A DNA stretch of 64,000 nt. It comes from Corallococcus sp. BB11-1. GTDB taxonomy: Bacteria > Myxococcota > Myxococcia > Myxococcales > Myxococcaceae. A program made the translations under genes and the position numbers. Below the pieces are notes generated by a model, which was not told the DNA's origin, made no database searches, and saw nothing but the letters and a program-made list of their open reading frames with translations. Within the stretch, counting starts at the first letter, position 1. Each line of letters opens with the position of its first letter. Below, piece after piece: positions 36,450 to 45,708 of this stretch. The stretch covers positions 74,976-138,975 of the forward strand of contig NZ_JAPNJY010000032.1 of NCBI RefSeq assembly GCF_026626625.1, given 5' to 3'.

Positions 36450-37760
36450 CTAGAGTTCGCGGATGGCGCGCACTTCGACGCTGATCGGGTCCTCGGGACG
36501 CGACGCTTCAAGGCGGGTGCAGGTGCTGCCCGTGAACCGCACGCCAGCCTCGCCCACCGCCCAGGTGTCCGGGCCCGCGAGCGTGCGCTCGCCGTTGATG
36601 TAGACGACGATGAGCGCAGGGTCGGACGGGAGCTGGCTGGGGTCGAGCGGGATGAAGCAGGGCTCGCCGGGCTGGAGCCGCTCGCTGATCGACTTCAGCG
36701 CGGCCGCCAGTTCCACCTGGTTTCCCGCCTGATAGAAGGCACGGCCGCAGAGCTGGGTGGTCACGTCGCAGGTATCACCCGCGCCGCAGTCGATGTCCGC
36801 CCGGCACGTGCGCGCGAAGCCGCCCGCGCCCGCCATCTCGTTGAGCACCTGGGGGCCGGCGCCCGCCGACGTCTCCGCGCCGAAGCCGATGACGATGGTG
36901 GAGATATTGCGCGCCTTCAGGGCCTCCACCTCCGCGACCGAGGCGTTCTTGTCGAGGCAGCCGCGCCTTTCGTACGGGCTGTCCTCCGCGGAGCAGAGGC
37001 TCGACGGGGTCACCGTGCAAGCGCACTCCTGGGGATTCTCACGACCGTTGTACCCGTTCAGGTCGTTGCAGTTCGGCAGACCGTCGGTCAGCAGGATGAT
37101 GATCTGCGGGCGATCCGCGGAGTCCGACGTCAGCAGCGAGCCCGTGAACTTCAGGCTTCCGCTCGTGGGCGTACCACCGCGGGGGCGATTGGCGCCGCCG
37201 TTGGGGATGGCCTGGAGGACCGTGTTGAGGTTGGTCGCGTAGGCCTGCAGTTCCTCGTCCGAGTCCAGATTGGTCGGGATGGTGACGCGAACGCTCTCAC
37301 CCGCGGCGGCCGGTGCGCAGAGTTGGGCCACGCTCGGAGAGGCGACCGTGATGGGGGCCGGATACGTCGTGAGGCCGAAGCGGACCAGCTTGCCGCTCTC
37401 CGCGAGGAACGGGCCCATGGCGGCCTGGAGCTCCGACCAGCGCGTGGGGCACACGGACGTGTCGCAGGGCAGGCTCTCGCCACAGACGTAGTCCCGGCCC
37501 TGGTCATCCTTGCCGTGACAGACCTTCACGCCATTCACGGTCTTCTCGGGCTCCACGGGCAGCGTCATGGAGCCAGAGGTGTCCACCAACAGCATGACGT
37601 CCGGCTTGCTTCCGCGCGCCGTGATCACCGTTTCCTTGGTCGTCTGGGCGATCGCGAGCGGATCCACCGGCTCGAAGTCATACGTTTGACAGCCAGCCAT
37701 CATGGCACTGCCGATGATGCCGGCCAGTAGAGCGCTCAGGGGGGGCGACTTGGCGCGCAT
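36450..37760 (-). CDS. Cysteine-rich von Willebrand factor A-domain lipoprotein (CglB-like gliding-motility adhesin candidate)
   Basis: MRAKSPPLSALLAGIIGSAMMAGC has an MAGC lipobox. A MIDAS motif (LLVDTSGSM) and TDGLPN fit a vWA fold. I count about 20 Cys in mature-protein segments (CHGKDDQGRDYVCGESLPCDTSVC, ECACTVTPSSLCS, CRADIDCGAGDTCDVTTQLCG). The CglB assignment comes from recalled M. xanthus synteny (near rimK and tuf), not from a search. Confidence 0.8.
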   Translation of the reverse strand: MRAKSPPLSALLAGIIGSAMMAGCQTYDFEPVDPLAIAQTTKETVITARGSKPDVMLLVDTSGSMTLPVEPEKTVNGVKVCHGKDDQGRDYVCGESLPCDTSVCPTRWSELQAAMGPFLAESGKLVRFGLTTYPAPITVASPSVAQLCAPAAAGESVRVTIPTNLDSDEELQAYATNLNTVLQAIPNGGANRPRGGTPTSGSLKFTGSLLTSDSADRPQIIILLTDGLPNCNDLNGYNGRENPQECACTVTPSSLCSAEDSPYERRGCLDKNASVAEVEALKARNISTIVIGFGAETSAGAGPQVLNEMAGAGGFARTCRADIDCGAGDTCDVTTQLCGRAFYQAGNQVELAAALKSISERLQPGEPCFIPLDPSQLPSDPALIVVYINGERTLAGPDTWAVGEAGVRFTGSTCTRLEASRPEDPISVEVRAIREL

Positions 37761-37972
37761 AGGCTTTGGGAATTTCCTTCCAGGGGGGAACAGCGGACCA
37801 CGAATGGGCCCAGCGTAACGCGTCAGCGCCCAGCGAGGCTACAGCGACTCGCAGCAGGCAGGCCCCATTCAGGTGAAGCTGCGAAGTTGCAACAATGGGC
37901 GATCCCTCGGGGTCCGTGGCCCACCTGGAGTGAATACCTACATCCATCCAGGAGGCAGTTGAGCCCCCCTGC

Positions 37973-38365
37973 TTACAGGGTGAGGACGCGTGCGCCCTCG
38001 GTCAGGCGCCAGATGGAGGCGAGGCCCATGACTTCATCCAGGGTGCCCTGCAGTTCCTGGGGCGTCAGGCCGCAGATGCGCACCGTGGTGTCACAGGCCA
38101 CGAGCCTGGCGCCCAGGGCCCGGGCCTCCTCGAGCATGCGGGCCGGTGTGGGGACGTTGAGCCCCTCAGCGCGGGCCGCTTCCGTGCGCTCGCGCTCGCT
38201 GTGCGCCAGACCGAAGCCGCCCCGGACCAGCTGGCGCAGGGCCTCGAAGGCGAAGACGAAGTAGACGTCGTCCCCCATCGCGGCGGCGGTGATGCCCATG
38301 GAGCCCGCCTGGAACGCAGGCTCGTACGTGGCGTGCTGGAGGAAGAAGAAAACGCGTCCGGCCAT
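37973..38365 (-). CDS. DsrE/DsrF-like family protein
   Basis: 130 aa from MAGRVFFFLQHATYEPAFQAGSMGITAAAMGDDVYFVFAFEALRQL..., with a LVACDTTVRICGL region. It is small and the fold is DsrE-like. Confidence 0.6.
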   Translation of the reverse strand: MAGRVFFFLQHATYEPAFQAGSMGITAAAMGDDVYFVFAFEALRQLVRGGFGLAHSERERTEAARAEGLNVPTPARMLEEARALGARLVACDTTVRICGLTPQELQGTLDEVMGLASIWRLTEGARVLTL

Positions 38366-38442
38366 GGTCACCGACCTTAGCGGATCGAGTCCGGACCGGC
38401 AGCCGTCGTATAACGGGGACCTCACTCCACCGGGAGTCCCGC

Positions 38443-39105
38443 ATGCCGAGCCCGTCGTCCCGCCCTCGCGGCGTTCGTCCCTCGCCGGCTCCTTCACGTC
38501 CTGCCCTGTCCCGCTGGGTGGGCCTGTTCGGCCTTGCCGTGCTCGCGGGCGCGGGGCCCGTGTCCGAAGCGGCTCCGGTCCGCCCGAACGTCAGGACGGC
38601 CCAGCCCTCCCCTCCCCCACCCCCAGGTGCTCCCGTTCCCGGCCCCATGCGTGACGAGGCCCTGCGCCTGCTTACGCAATCCCAGGTCGCGGGGAGCTCC
38701 TGGCGCAGGCTGGGGCCGGAGGTCGTGCCCGTGCTCGCGGCGCTCTCGGAGGATCCCAGCGTCCCCGACGCGCAACGCCTGCGGGCCGTGACGGCGCTGG
38801 CGCTGGTGGAAGTCCCCCAGGCGGGTCAGACACTCCAGGCGATGATGGAGGATCCGCGCAGGCCCGCGGACGTCCGCACCCGCGCCGCCGCGGCCCTGGG
38901 GCAATGCCTGGGGTTCGAGGCCGTGACGGCGCTGCGGGCCCGGCTGGAGGACCGGGACGTGCGGATCCGCGAGGCGGTGGCCCGGGCGCTCGGTCGTCTG
39001 GGAGGCCAACGGGTCCGGGAGGCGCTGGAGGAACGACTCCCCCTGGAGGACGTTCCCCAGGTGCGTGAGGCCCTCCAGCAGGGCCTCACGCTGGCCGAGC
39101 CCTGA
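38443..39105 (+). CDS. HEAT-repeat (PBS-lyase type) protein, probably secreted
   Basis: A hydrophobic N-terminal segment is followed by repeated ~31-aa units (DVRTRAAAALGQ.../DRDVRIREAVARALGRLG.../DVPQVREALQQGL) typical of HEAT_2/PBS lyase repeats. Confidence 0.55.
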   Translation: MPSPSSRPRGVRPSPAPSRPALSRWVGLFGLAVLAGAGPVSEAAPVRPNVRTAQPSPPPPPGAPVPGPMRDEALRLLTQSQVAGSSWRRLGPEVVPVLAALSEDPSVPDAQRLRAVTALALVEVPQAGQTLQAMMEDPRRPADVRTRAAAALGQCLGFEAVTALRARLEDRDVRIREAVARALGRLGGQRVREALEERLPLEDVPQVREALQQGLTLAEP

Positions 39106-39166
39106 AGCCCGACGGTGGCCTTCTCCGGGCTCGCGTCGGGCGGGGCCTTCCGTTAGATGAGGGGCC

Positions 39167-39862
39167 ATGCGCCCCACCGTCCTCCTCTTCGACATCGATG
39201 GCACCCTCGTCACCACTGGCGGCGCGGGGCGTCGCTCCATGGCCCTGGCCTTCGAGCGGCTCCACCGGCGCCGCGACGCGTGCGACAGCTTCAGCATGTC
39301 CGGCATGACGGACCGGGCCATCGTCCGCAAGGCGCTGGGCATCATCGGCGTGCCGGTCTCCGAGGAGACCATCAGCGCGGTCGTCGACGCGTACGTCGCC
39401 CACCTGGCCGAGGAGGTTCCGAAGGTCGATGAGCGCGAGTACCGCGTGCACCCCGGCATGCGCGAGGCCGTGCTGGAGGCGCGCTCCCGGTCGGGCTTCG
39501 CCGTGGGGCTGGGCACCGGCAACGTGCGCGCGGGCGCCCGGGTGAAGCTGGAGCGCGTGCGCATCCATGATCAGTTCGCCTTCGGCGGCTTCGGGTGCGA
39601 CTTCGAGGACCGCGTGGCCCTCATCCGTCACGGCGCCCAGGCCGGGGCGGCGCAGTTGGGCCAGCCCCTGGAGGCGTGCCGGGTGGTGATCATCGGCGAC
39701 ACGCCCAAGGACGTCGAGGCCGCCAAGGGCATTGGCGCGGAGACGATTGGCGTCGGCACGGGCAACTTCACGCCCCAGGCGCTGCGCGATGCCGGCGCCG
39801 AGTGGGCCTTCGCGGATTTCTCCGCCCCCGAAGCCATGGAGGCCCTGCTCGTCGGCCGGTGA
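39167..39862 (+). CDS. HAD-superfamily hydrolase (phosphoglycolate phosphatase-like)
   Basis: MRPTVLLFDIDGTLVTT is the DxDGT motif I. S/T motif II and GDTPKD-EAAKG motifs III/IV are also present. Confidence 0.85.
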   Translation: MRPTVLLFDIDGTLVTTGGAGRRSMALAFERLHRRRDACDSFSMSGMTDRAIVRKALGIIGVPVSEETISAVVDAYVAHLAEEVPKVDEREYRVHPGMREAVLEARSRSGFAVGLGTGNVRAGARVKLERVRIHDQFAFGGFGCDFEDRVALIRHGAQAGAAQLGQPLEACRVVIIGDTPKDVEAAKGIGAETIGVGTGNFTPQALRDAGAEWAFADFSAPEAMEALLVGR

Positions 39863-39902
39863 AGGTGTGCTATCTCCCGCCGCCCCTCCGAGGAGTCCAC
39901 GC

Positions 39903-41111
39903 ATGTCGTCCACGCTCGAATCCTATGAGCTGATCCGCTTCGCCGAGGCCTTCGAGGCCCGACTCGCCACGGCGGAGGAGATGGTCGTCGGCAGGCCGGG
40001 GCTGGAGGCCGAGAAGCAGTGGCTTGCCTCCGCGCTGGAGCGGCTGCGCGAGGCCCGGGAGCCGGCGCCCCGTCTGTTGGAGCAGGTGAAGGACCTGCCC
40101 GAACTGGACGAGGCCCGCGAGGAGTTCTCGTTCGATCAGCAGGGCCGGTGGGTGGATGCGCTGGAGAAGCTGCACGCCGGCATCACCTTCACCGCCAGCA
40201 GCCGGGCCCCGGTCATCGAGGCCCTCTTCCCGCACCTCAAGTTCCCCCAGCTGCGGCGGGCCCCCGTCGAGCTCGTGAACGAGTACGCGTCCTCCTACGA
40301 GCGCCGGTTCAAGAGCTCCTACGTCACCCGCATCTTCTCCCGCGACGACTTCGCGATGGTGCGCCCCGTCGTGGAGCTGGTGGCTTCGACGTTCGCCGCG
40401 TGGAACGCGAGCCTGTCCCCCACCCCGCTGCCCCCGGAGGAAGAGGCCGCGCTGCGCGAGTCCCTGGTGGCGCTGGGGCGGCGACTGGACGTGGCGTTGC
40501 GGCAGGGACGGCTGCTCGCCGAGGCCGCGCTCGTCCCCGTGCCGGGGGTCTTCGAGGCCGCGGGCCTCACCCTCAAGCCCCGGAAGCGCGCGGGCCGTTC
40601 GCTCGCCCTCTCCGCCGAGGACGGGTTTGATCCGTACGGGGACGAAGTGGACTCCGCGCAGGACGACTCGATCGATAGTCCGGAGGACGCGGCGCCCGGG
40701 GAAGATGACGCGGCGGCGGATGACACGGAGGCGGCCGAAGCGCAGGGGGACCACACGCCCGAGGAAGCCGAAGCGCCCTCTGCTCCGCCAGCGACACGCA
40801 GGGGTCGGCGGAATGCTCAGGCCGCGGCATCCGAGGAGGAAGTTCCGGCCCAGGGTGGCGCGGAGGAGGCTTCCGCGGACCCGACGCTGGAGACCACCGC
40901 CCCGGCCCCCGGCGCGGAGGACCTTCCGGATGCGGAGCCCGTCGCGGCGCGGCCCCCCGCGCGTCGAGGCCGGCCTCCGAAGAACAGCGGGGCCGTGGCC
41001 TCTCCGGCGGAGAGCCCTCCGGTTCCGGAGCAGGATGCTTCCGGAGCACCGGAGGCCGTCCGCCCCCGCCGCCGCAAGAAGACCGACCCGTCCGAGACAG
41101 GGACGCCCTGA
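39903..41111 (+). CDS. Hypothetical protein with structured N-terminal domain, long acidic disordered region and C-terminal AT-hook (RRGRPPK)
   Basis: The ATG at 39903 gives MSSTLESYELIRFAEAFEARL. A tract rich in D/E/A/P (EDAAPGEDDAAADDTEAAEAQGDHTPEEAEAP) is followed by PARRGRPPKNSG, a textbook AT-hook core. Confidence 0.6.
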   Translation: MSSTLESYELIRFAEAFEARLATAEEMVVGRPGLEAEKQWLASALERLREAREPAPRLLEQVKDLPELDEAREEFSFDQQGRWVDALEKLHAGITFTASSRAPVIEALFPHLKFPQLRRAPVELVNEYASSYERRFKSSYVTRIFSRDDFAMVRPVVELVASTFAAWNASLSPTPLPPEEEAALRESLVALGRRLDVALRQGRLLAEAALVPVPGVFEAAGLTLKPRKRAGRSLALSAEDGFDPYGDEVDSAQDDSIDSPEDAAPGEDDAAADDTEAAEAQGDHTPEEAEAPSAPPATRRGRRNAQAAASEEEVPAQGGAEEASADPTLETTAPAPGAEDLPDAEPVAARPPARRGRPPKNSGAVASPAESPPVPEQDASGAPEAVRPRRRKKTDPSETGTP

Positions 41112-41156
41112 AACCCGACGCGCGGTGAGTCCCCCGCCGTGAAGAGGAACCCGGAC

Positions 41157-43721
41157 ATGGCGGACGTCGCCCTCCCTATCGATCCCCTCCTGCCCGACAT
41201 CGTCTCCACGCTTCGGAGCGCGCGGTCGCTCGTGCTGGAAGCCCCTCCCGGCGCGGGAAAGACGACGCGCGTGCCCCGGGCGCTCCTGGAGGCCGGCCTG
41301 GGTCAGGGAAAGGAGATCGTCGTGCTCCAGCCCCGGCGGCTTCCCACCCGGCTCGCCGCGCAGCGCGTGTCCGAGGAGCTTGGCGAGCGCGTGGGCGAGA
41401 CCGTTGGCTACCAGGTCCGCTTCGAGGACGTGCGCGGCCCCAAGACGCGCATGTCCTTCGTCACCGAGGGCGTGCTCGGACGACGGCTGCTCACCGACCC
41501 CACCCTGCGCGACGTGGGCATCGTCGTGCTCGACGAGTTCCACGAGCGGCACCTGTCCGCGGACATCTCGCTCGCGCTCTTGCGCAGGCTCCAGGAGACG
41601 GCCCGACCCGACCTCAAGCTCGTCGTCATGTCCGCCACCCTGGAGGCCGAGCCCGTCCGCGCGTACCTGGGCGGCGCGCCTTCGCTGCGCTCCGAGGGGC
41701 GCCGGTTCGACGTGAGCGTCGAATACCTCTCCGCCCCGGACGAGCGGCACCTGGATCAACAGGTGCTCTCCGCGCTCAAGCGCCTGTTCACCCAGGGCGT
41801 CGACGGCGACGTGCTCGTGTTCCTTCCCGGCGCGGGGGAGATCCGCCGCGCGCGCGACACCTGCGCGGAGTTCGCCGAACGCCACGACGCCGACGTGCTG
41901 CCCCTGCATGGCGACCTGTCCCCCGCCGAGCAGGACCGCGCCGTGCGCCGCAGCTCGCGGCGGAAGATCATCCTGTCCACCAACGTCGCGGAGACCTCCG
42001 TCACCATCGACGGGGTCGCGGTCGTCATCGACAGCGGCCTTGCGCGCGTGGCGTCCCATTCGCCCTGGTCCGGACTGCCGCAGCTCAAGCTGGGCAAGGT
42101 GAGCCGGGCCTCCGCCACCCAGCGCGCCGGTCGAGCGGGCCGCACGCGCGCGGGCCACTGCGTGCGCCTCTACACCCAGCACGACTTCGACGGGCGGCCG
42201 GATCAGGAAGCCCCGGAGATCCGCCGCACCGACCTGGCAGAGACCGTGCTGTCGCTGCGCGCCTCGGGCGTGAAGGACCTGGCCGCGTTCCCCTTCTTCG
42301 AAGCGCCGCCCGCGCCCGCGATGGAGGCCGCGGAGACACTGCTGCGCCGGCTGGGCGCCGTGGACGCCCAGGGCAAGGTGACGGACGTGGGCCAGCGGCT
42401 GCTGCGCTTCCCCGTCCACCCGCGACAGGCCCGCGTCATCGTCGAAGGTGAACGCCGGGGCGTGGGCGCGGATGCCGCGCTGCTCGCGGCCCTCATGGGT
42501 GAGCGGGACATCCGCCGCGAGGCCCGCGCCAACCTGGGAGGCGGAGGACGCGCGGCCGCCATCGTCAGCGGCCCCTCCGACCTGCTGGAGCTGCTGGAGC
42601 GCTTCCGCGAAGCCGGACGTTCGGGCTTCTCCTCCGGCCGCATGCAGTCGCTCTCCCTGGACGCGGGCGCGGTGCAGTCCGTGGAGCGCGTGCAGAAGCA
42701 GCTGCGGCGCAACGTGCGGGAGCAGGGCTCGCGTCCCGGGCGCCCGGAGGACGTGGAGCAGGCCCTGATGCTCAGCGTGCTCGCCGGCTACCCGGACCGC
42801 GTGGCCCGCAGGCGGCGGCCCCGCTCCCCCGAGCTGCTCATGTTCGGCGGCGGCACCACCAGCCTGTCCGAGTTCAGCGTCGTCCAGGACGCGGAGCTGA
42901 TGGTCGCCGTGGACGCCGAGGAGCGCCCCGGCCGAGGCGCCGTCGTGCGGCTGGCCAGCGCGGTGGAGGCCGAGTGGCTGTTGGACCTCTACCCCGACGC
43001 GCTGGAGGAGGTGGACACCCTCCAGTGGAACCCGGACGCGCGCCGCGTGGAGCGCCTCACCCGGTTGGCGTACGGCAACCTCATGCTGGAGGAGACGCGC
43101 ACCCCCGCCCCGCCCTCCGAGGCAGCCGCGCGCGTGCTGGCAGAGGCGGCGCTCGCCGCGGGCCCGGAGCGCTTCGCGGAGCCCGAGGCGCTGGAGCAAT
43201 GGCGCACCCGCGTGGCGCTGCTGGCCAAGGCCTTCCCCGAAGCGGGCTTCCCCACCGTGGACGCCCCCTTCCTGCGCGATGCGCTGGCGTCCCTGTGCGT
43301 GGGCGCGCGCAGCTTCTCCGACCTGGAGGGCGTGTCGCTGCTGGACGCGCTCTACACGCGCCTCACGCAGGAGCAGCAACGCCTGCTGTCGAACCACGCC
43401 CCTGAGCGCGTCACCCTGCCCGGCGGGCGCGGCGTGAAGGTGCACTACGAGCCGGGCAAGCCGCCCTGGGTGGAGTCACGGCTGCAGGACTTCTTCGGGA
43501 TGGCGCAGGGGCCCAGCGTGGGCGCGGGCCGCGTGCCGCTGGTGCTGCACCTGCTGGCCCCCAACATGCGCGCCGTGCAGGTGACGACCGACCTGGCGGG
43601 CTTCTGGGAGCGTCACTACCCGGCGATCCGCAAGGAGCTGTGCCGCAAGTACCCCCGGCACTCGTGGCCCGAGGATCCGCGCCACGCCGAGCCGCCCGCG
43701 CCCCGTCCTCCCAGGCGCTGA
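41157..43721 (+). CDS. hrpB: ATP-dependent RNA helicase HrpB (DEAH-box)
   Basis: GAGKTT (motif I), DEFHER (motif II), SAT and QRAGRAGR motifs are present, with the HrpB C-terminal domain. The ATG at 41157 is preceded by AAGAGGAA. An alternative start is at 41139. Confidence 0.9.
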   Translation: MADVALPIDPLLPDIVSTLRSARSLVLEAPPGAGKTTRVPRALLEAGLGQGKEIVVLQPRRLPTRLAAQRVSEELGERVGETVGYQVRFEDVRGPKTRMSFVTEGVLGRRLLTDPTLRDVGIVVLDEFHERHLSADISLALLRRLQETARPDLKLVVMSATLEAEPVRAYLGGAPSLRSEGRRFDVSVEYLSAPDERHLDQQVLSALKRLFTQGVDGDVLVFLPGAGEIRRARDTCAEFAERHDADVLPLHGDLSPAEQDRAVRRSSRRKIILSTNVAETSVTIDGVAVVIDSGLARVASHSPWSGLPQLKLGKVSRASATQRAGRAGRTRAGHCVRLYTQHDFDGRPDQEAPEIRRTDLAETVLSLRASGVKDLAAFPFFEAPPAPAMEAAETLLRRLGAVDAQGKVTDVGQRLLRFPVHPRQARVIVEGERRGVGADAALLAALMGERDIRREARANLGGGGRAAAIVSGPSDLLELLERFREAGRSGFSSGRMQSLSLDAGAVQSVERVQKQLRRNVREQGSRPGRPEDVEQALMLSVLAGYPDRVARRRRPRSPELLMFGGGTTSLSEFSVVQDAELMVAVDAEERPGRGAVVRLASAVEAEWLLDLYPDALEEVDTLQWNPDARRVERLTRLAYGNLMLEETRTPAPPSEAAARVLAEAALAAGPERFAEPEALEQWRTRVALLAKAFPEAGFPTVDAPFLRDALASLCVGARSFSDLEGVSLLDALYTRLTQEQQRLLSNHAPERVTLPGGRGVKVHYEPGKPPWVESRLQDFFGMAQGPSVGAGRVPLVLHLLAPNMRAVQVTTDLAGFWERHYPAIRKELCRKYPRHSWPEDPRHAEPPAPRPPRR

Positions 43722-43733
43722 CAGCCCCCGCGA

Positions 43734-44213
43734 CTACAGCCGCTTGTGCATCTCCAGGTGGTCGATGCCGGCCTCGTCGAAGACGGCGCCCACCGGCTGG
43801 TAGCCGTGCTTCTTGTAGAAGTCGAGCGCGTAGAGCTGCGCGTGCAGCATGATGCCGGTCACGTTGCGGCGGCGCGCCTCGTCCTCCAGCGTCGTCAGCA
43901 GCAGCGAGCCCACGCGCGACTTTCGGTGCGCCTGGAGCACCGCCATGCGGCCAATCTGACCCCACGTCCCGGTCTGTCCCGCGGGAGGCTCCGGCAGCTT
44001 CACCAGCCGGCCGGTGCCAATGGCGTGGCCGCCCTGGTACGCGAGGACGTGGTACGCCTGCGCGTCCTCGGCGTCGCGCTCGATGCCTTCGGGAACGTGC
44101 TGTTCCTCGATGAACACCACCTCGCGGATGGCGAGGGCCTGCATGAGCTCCGCCTCGCCCTTGATCTGGGCGATGGTGACGGGTGCCGGGGTGGTCTCGG
44201 GAGGCGTCGGCAT
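43734..44213 (-). CDS. GNAT-family N-acetyltransferase
   Basis: 159 aa. The acetyl-CoA binding region is QIGRMAVLQAHRKSRVGSLLLTTLEDEARRRNVTGIMLHAQLYALDFYKKHGYQPVG. It is convergent with hrpB. Confidence 0.8.
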   Translation of the reverse strand: MPTPPETTPAPVTIAQIKGEAELMQALAIREVVFIEEQHVPEGIERDAEDAQAYHVLAYQGGHAIGTGRLVKLPEPPAGQTGTWGQIGRMAVLQAHRKSRVGSLLLTTLEDEARRRNVTGIMLHAQLYALDFYKKHGYQPVGAVFDEAGIDHLEMHKRL

Positions 44214-44509
44214 ATCGCCGGGCAAGGTACACAAAAGGCCGCGCCGCCAACAGGCGGAAAAAGACGCGGTCCCACGAGAAGTCCGCGCCCTGGGACAAGG
44301 TCGACTCCGCCCCGGCACGCCTCCCGCGCGGCCGCTCCGTCCCCTGCCCCCTGGGAGCGGACGCCGCAAGTCACGGAAGCCCCGCCGCGTCGGGTCATCC
44401 GGTTGCAATACCCCCTGCGTCGGATGGCGCTCCGCGACCTTCACGCGGAGCATGCGCGGACGCGCTCGGGGGAGGATCACACCGGGGAGGGCGTGGTAGG
44501 GTCCAGGAC

Positions 44510-45563
44510 GATGCGTTCTCAAGCCCTCCTCGCCCTGTCCCTGAGCCTGCTGTCGACTCCCGCTCTCGCCCAGAAGGAGTTCTTCTTCGGAACGGGTGAG
44601 CCGCCCGTGTTCCGCGAAGCGGACATGGACAAGCGGTTCCTCCGCTCGCGCGTGTACCAGGCCCTCAACACCGGCACGCCCGACGCGGGCTGCGCGCAGC
44701 TCGTGGGCGCGCTGCTCACCATCGTGGGCGAATCCGGGCCGTTCCTGCACAAGCGCGACGAGAACTTCTTCGTGGATCCGGCGCTGATCCAGACCCTGAA
44801 CACGCAGCTGTCCACCCCGCGCTTCCCGGCCAGCATGTTCCTGGTGTCGATGATGCGCCGGGTGCTCATCGACAAGAAGCTGCCGGCGGAGTGGCTGCAG
44901 ACCGCGGTGGCGCTTGCGCCGTACTACCCGCCGCTCGACGTGGGCAAGCTGCGCTTCATCGCGGATGGCGTGAAGCCCGTGGACAGCTTCTTCTTCACGC
45001 TGCCCGCCATCCTGGAGCGCTACGACGTGGAGGTCCTCAAGGCCAACACCATGGCCGCCAGCGTGGCGGATGCGAAGTTCCGCGACGACTACCTGGACAA
45101 GGAAGTGGGCTTCGGAGGGCTGGAGTTCATCGACGCGAAGCTGGAGAAGCCCAAGAAGAAGAAGGGCCGCAACGCCCCGCCTCCGGAGCCGCCCGCGCTC
45201 GTCGCCCGGCTCGTCTACTACCTGCCGGATCCCACCCATGACGGTCCGCTCAGCGGGCTGACCTACGGCAAGCCCAAGGTGCGCCCGGCGGTGACCATCA
45301 CGGCGCGGCTGAAGGAGTCGCAGTACCTGGACCTGGCGCAGCTTCCGAAGGGCTCGCGCGTGCTGCTGCGCGGCCGCTTCTGGGAGTACCGCAAGGCGCT
45401 CAAGGAGCTGGAGGTGCGCGACGCGCTCCTGTTCCAGGACCGGGACTGGACCCAGAATGCCGCGCTGGCGGACCCCGCCGCCGTGGCGGCCTGCCCGCTC
45501 GCGTTCAACGACCTGACGGGCACCGCGCCCGTCCAGCCGGGCGGCTTCGGCGGCAAGCGCTGA
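44510..45563 (+). CDS. Secreted hypothetical protein (351 aa)
   Basis: MRSQALLALSLSLLSTPALAQKEFFF is a signal peptide. I recognised no catalytic motif, but the ORF is long and clean with a KKKKG low-complexity patch. Confidence 0.55.
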
Positions 45564-45708
45564 GCAGGCGTCCCGCGCCCCGCACGCCCATCCCGGAGGC
45601 GGCACCCTCCGGGCCCCCGCCCTGAAGGTCCGCCCCTCGTGACGGGGCCCCGCCAGGGTGGCACGGCCGCTGCTCCTGCCCGCGCACCCCTGTCGCGCGA
45701 GGCACGCC

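Noticed and set aside
43411-44298. 295-aa minus ORF overlapping the hrpB 3' end and the GNAT gene.
   Set aside because: It is out of frame with the real GNAT gene (43734..44213), its translation is Arg/Gly/Ala-rich, and it overlaps the well-supported hrpB C-terminus.
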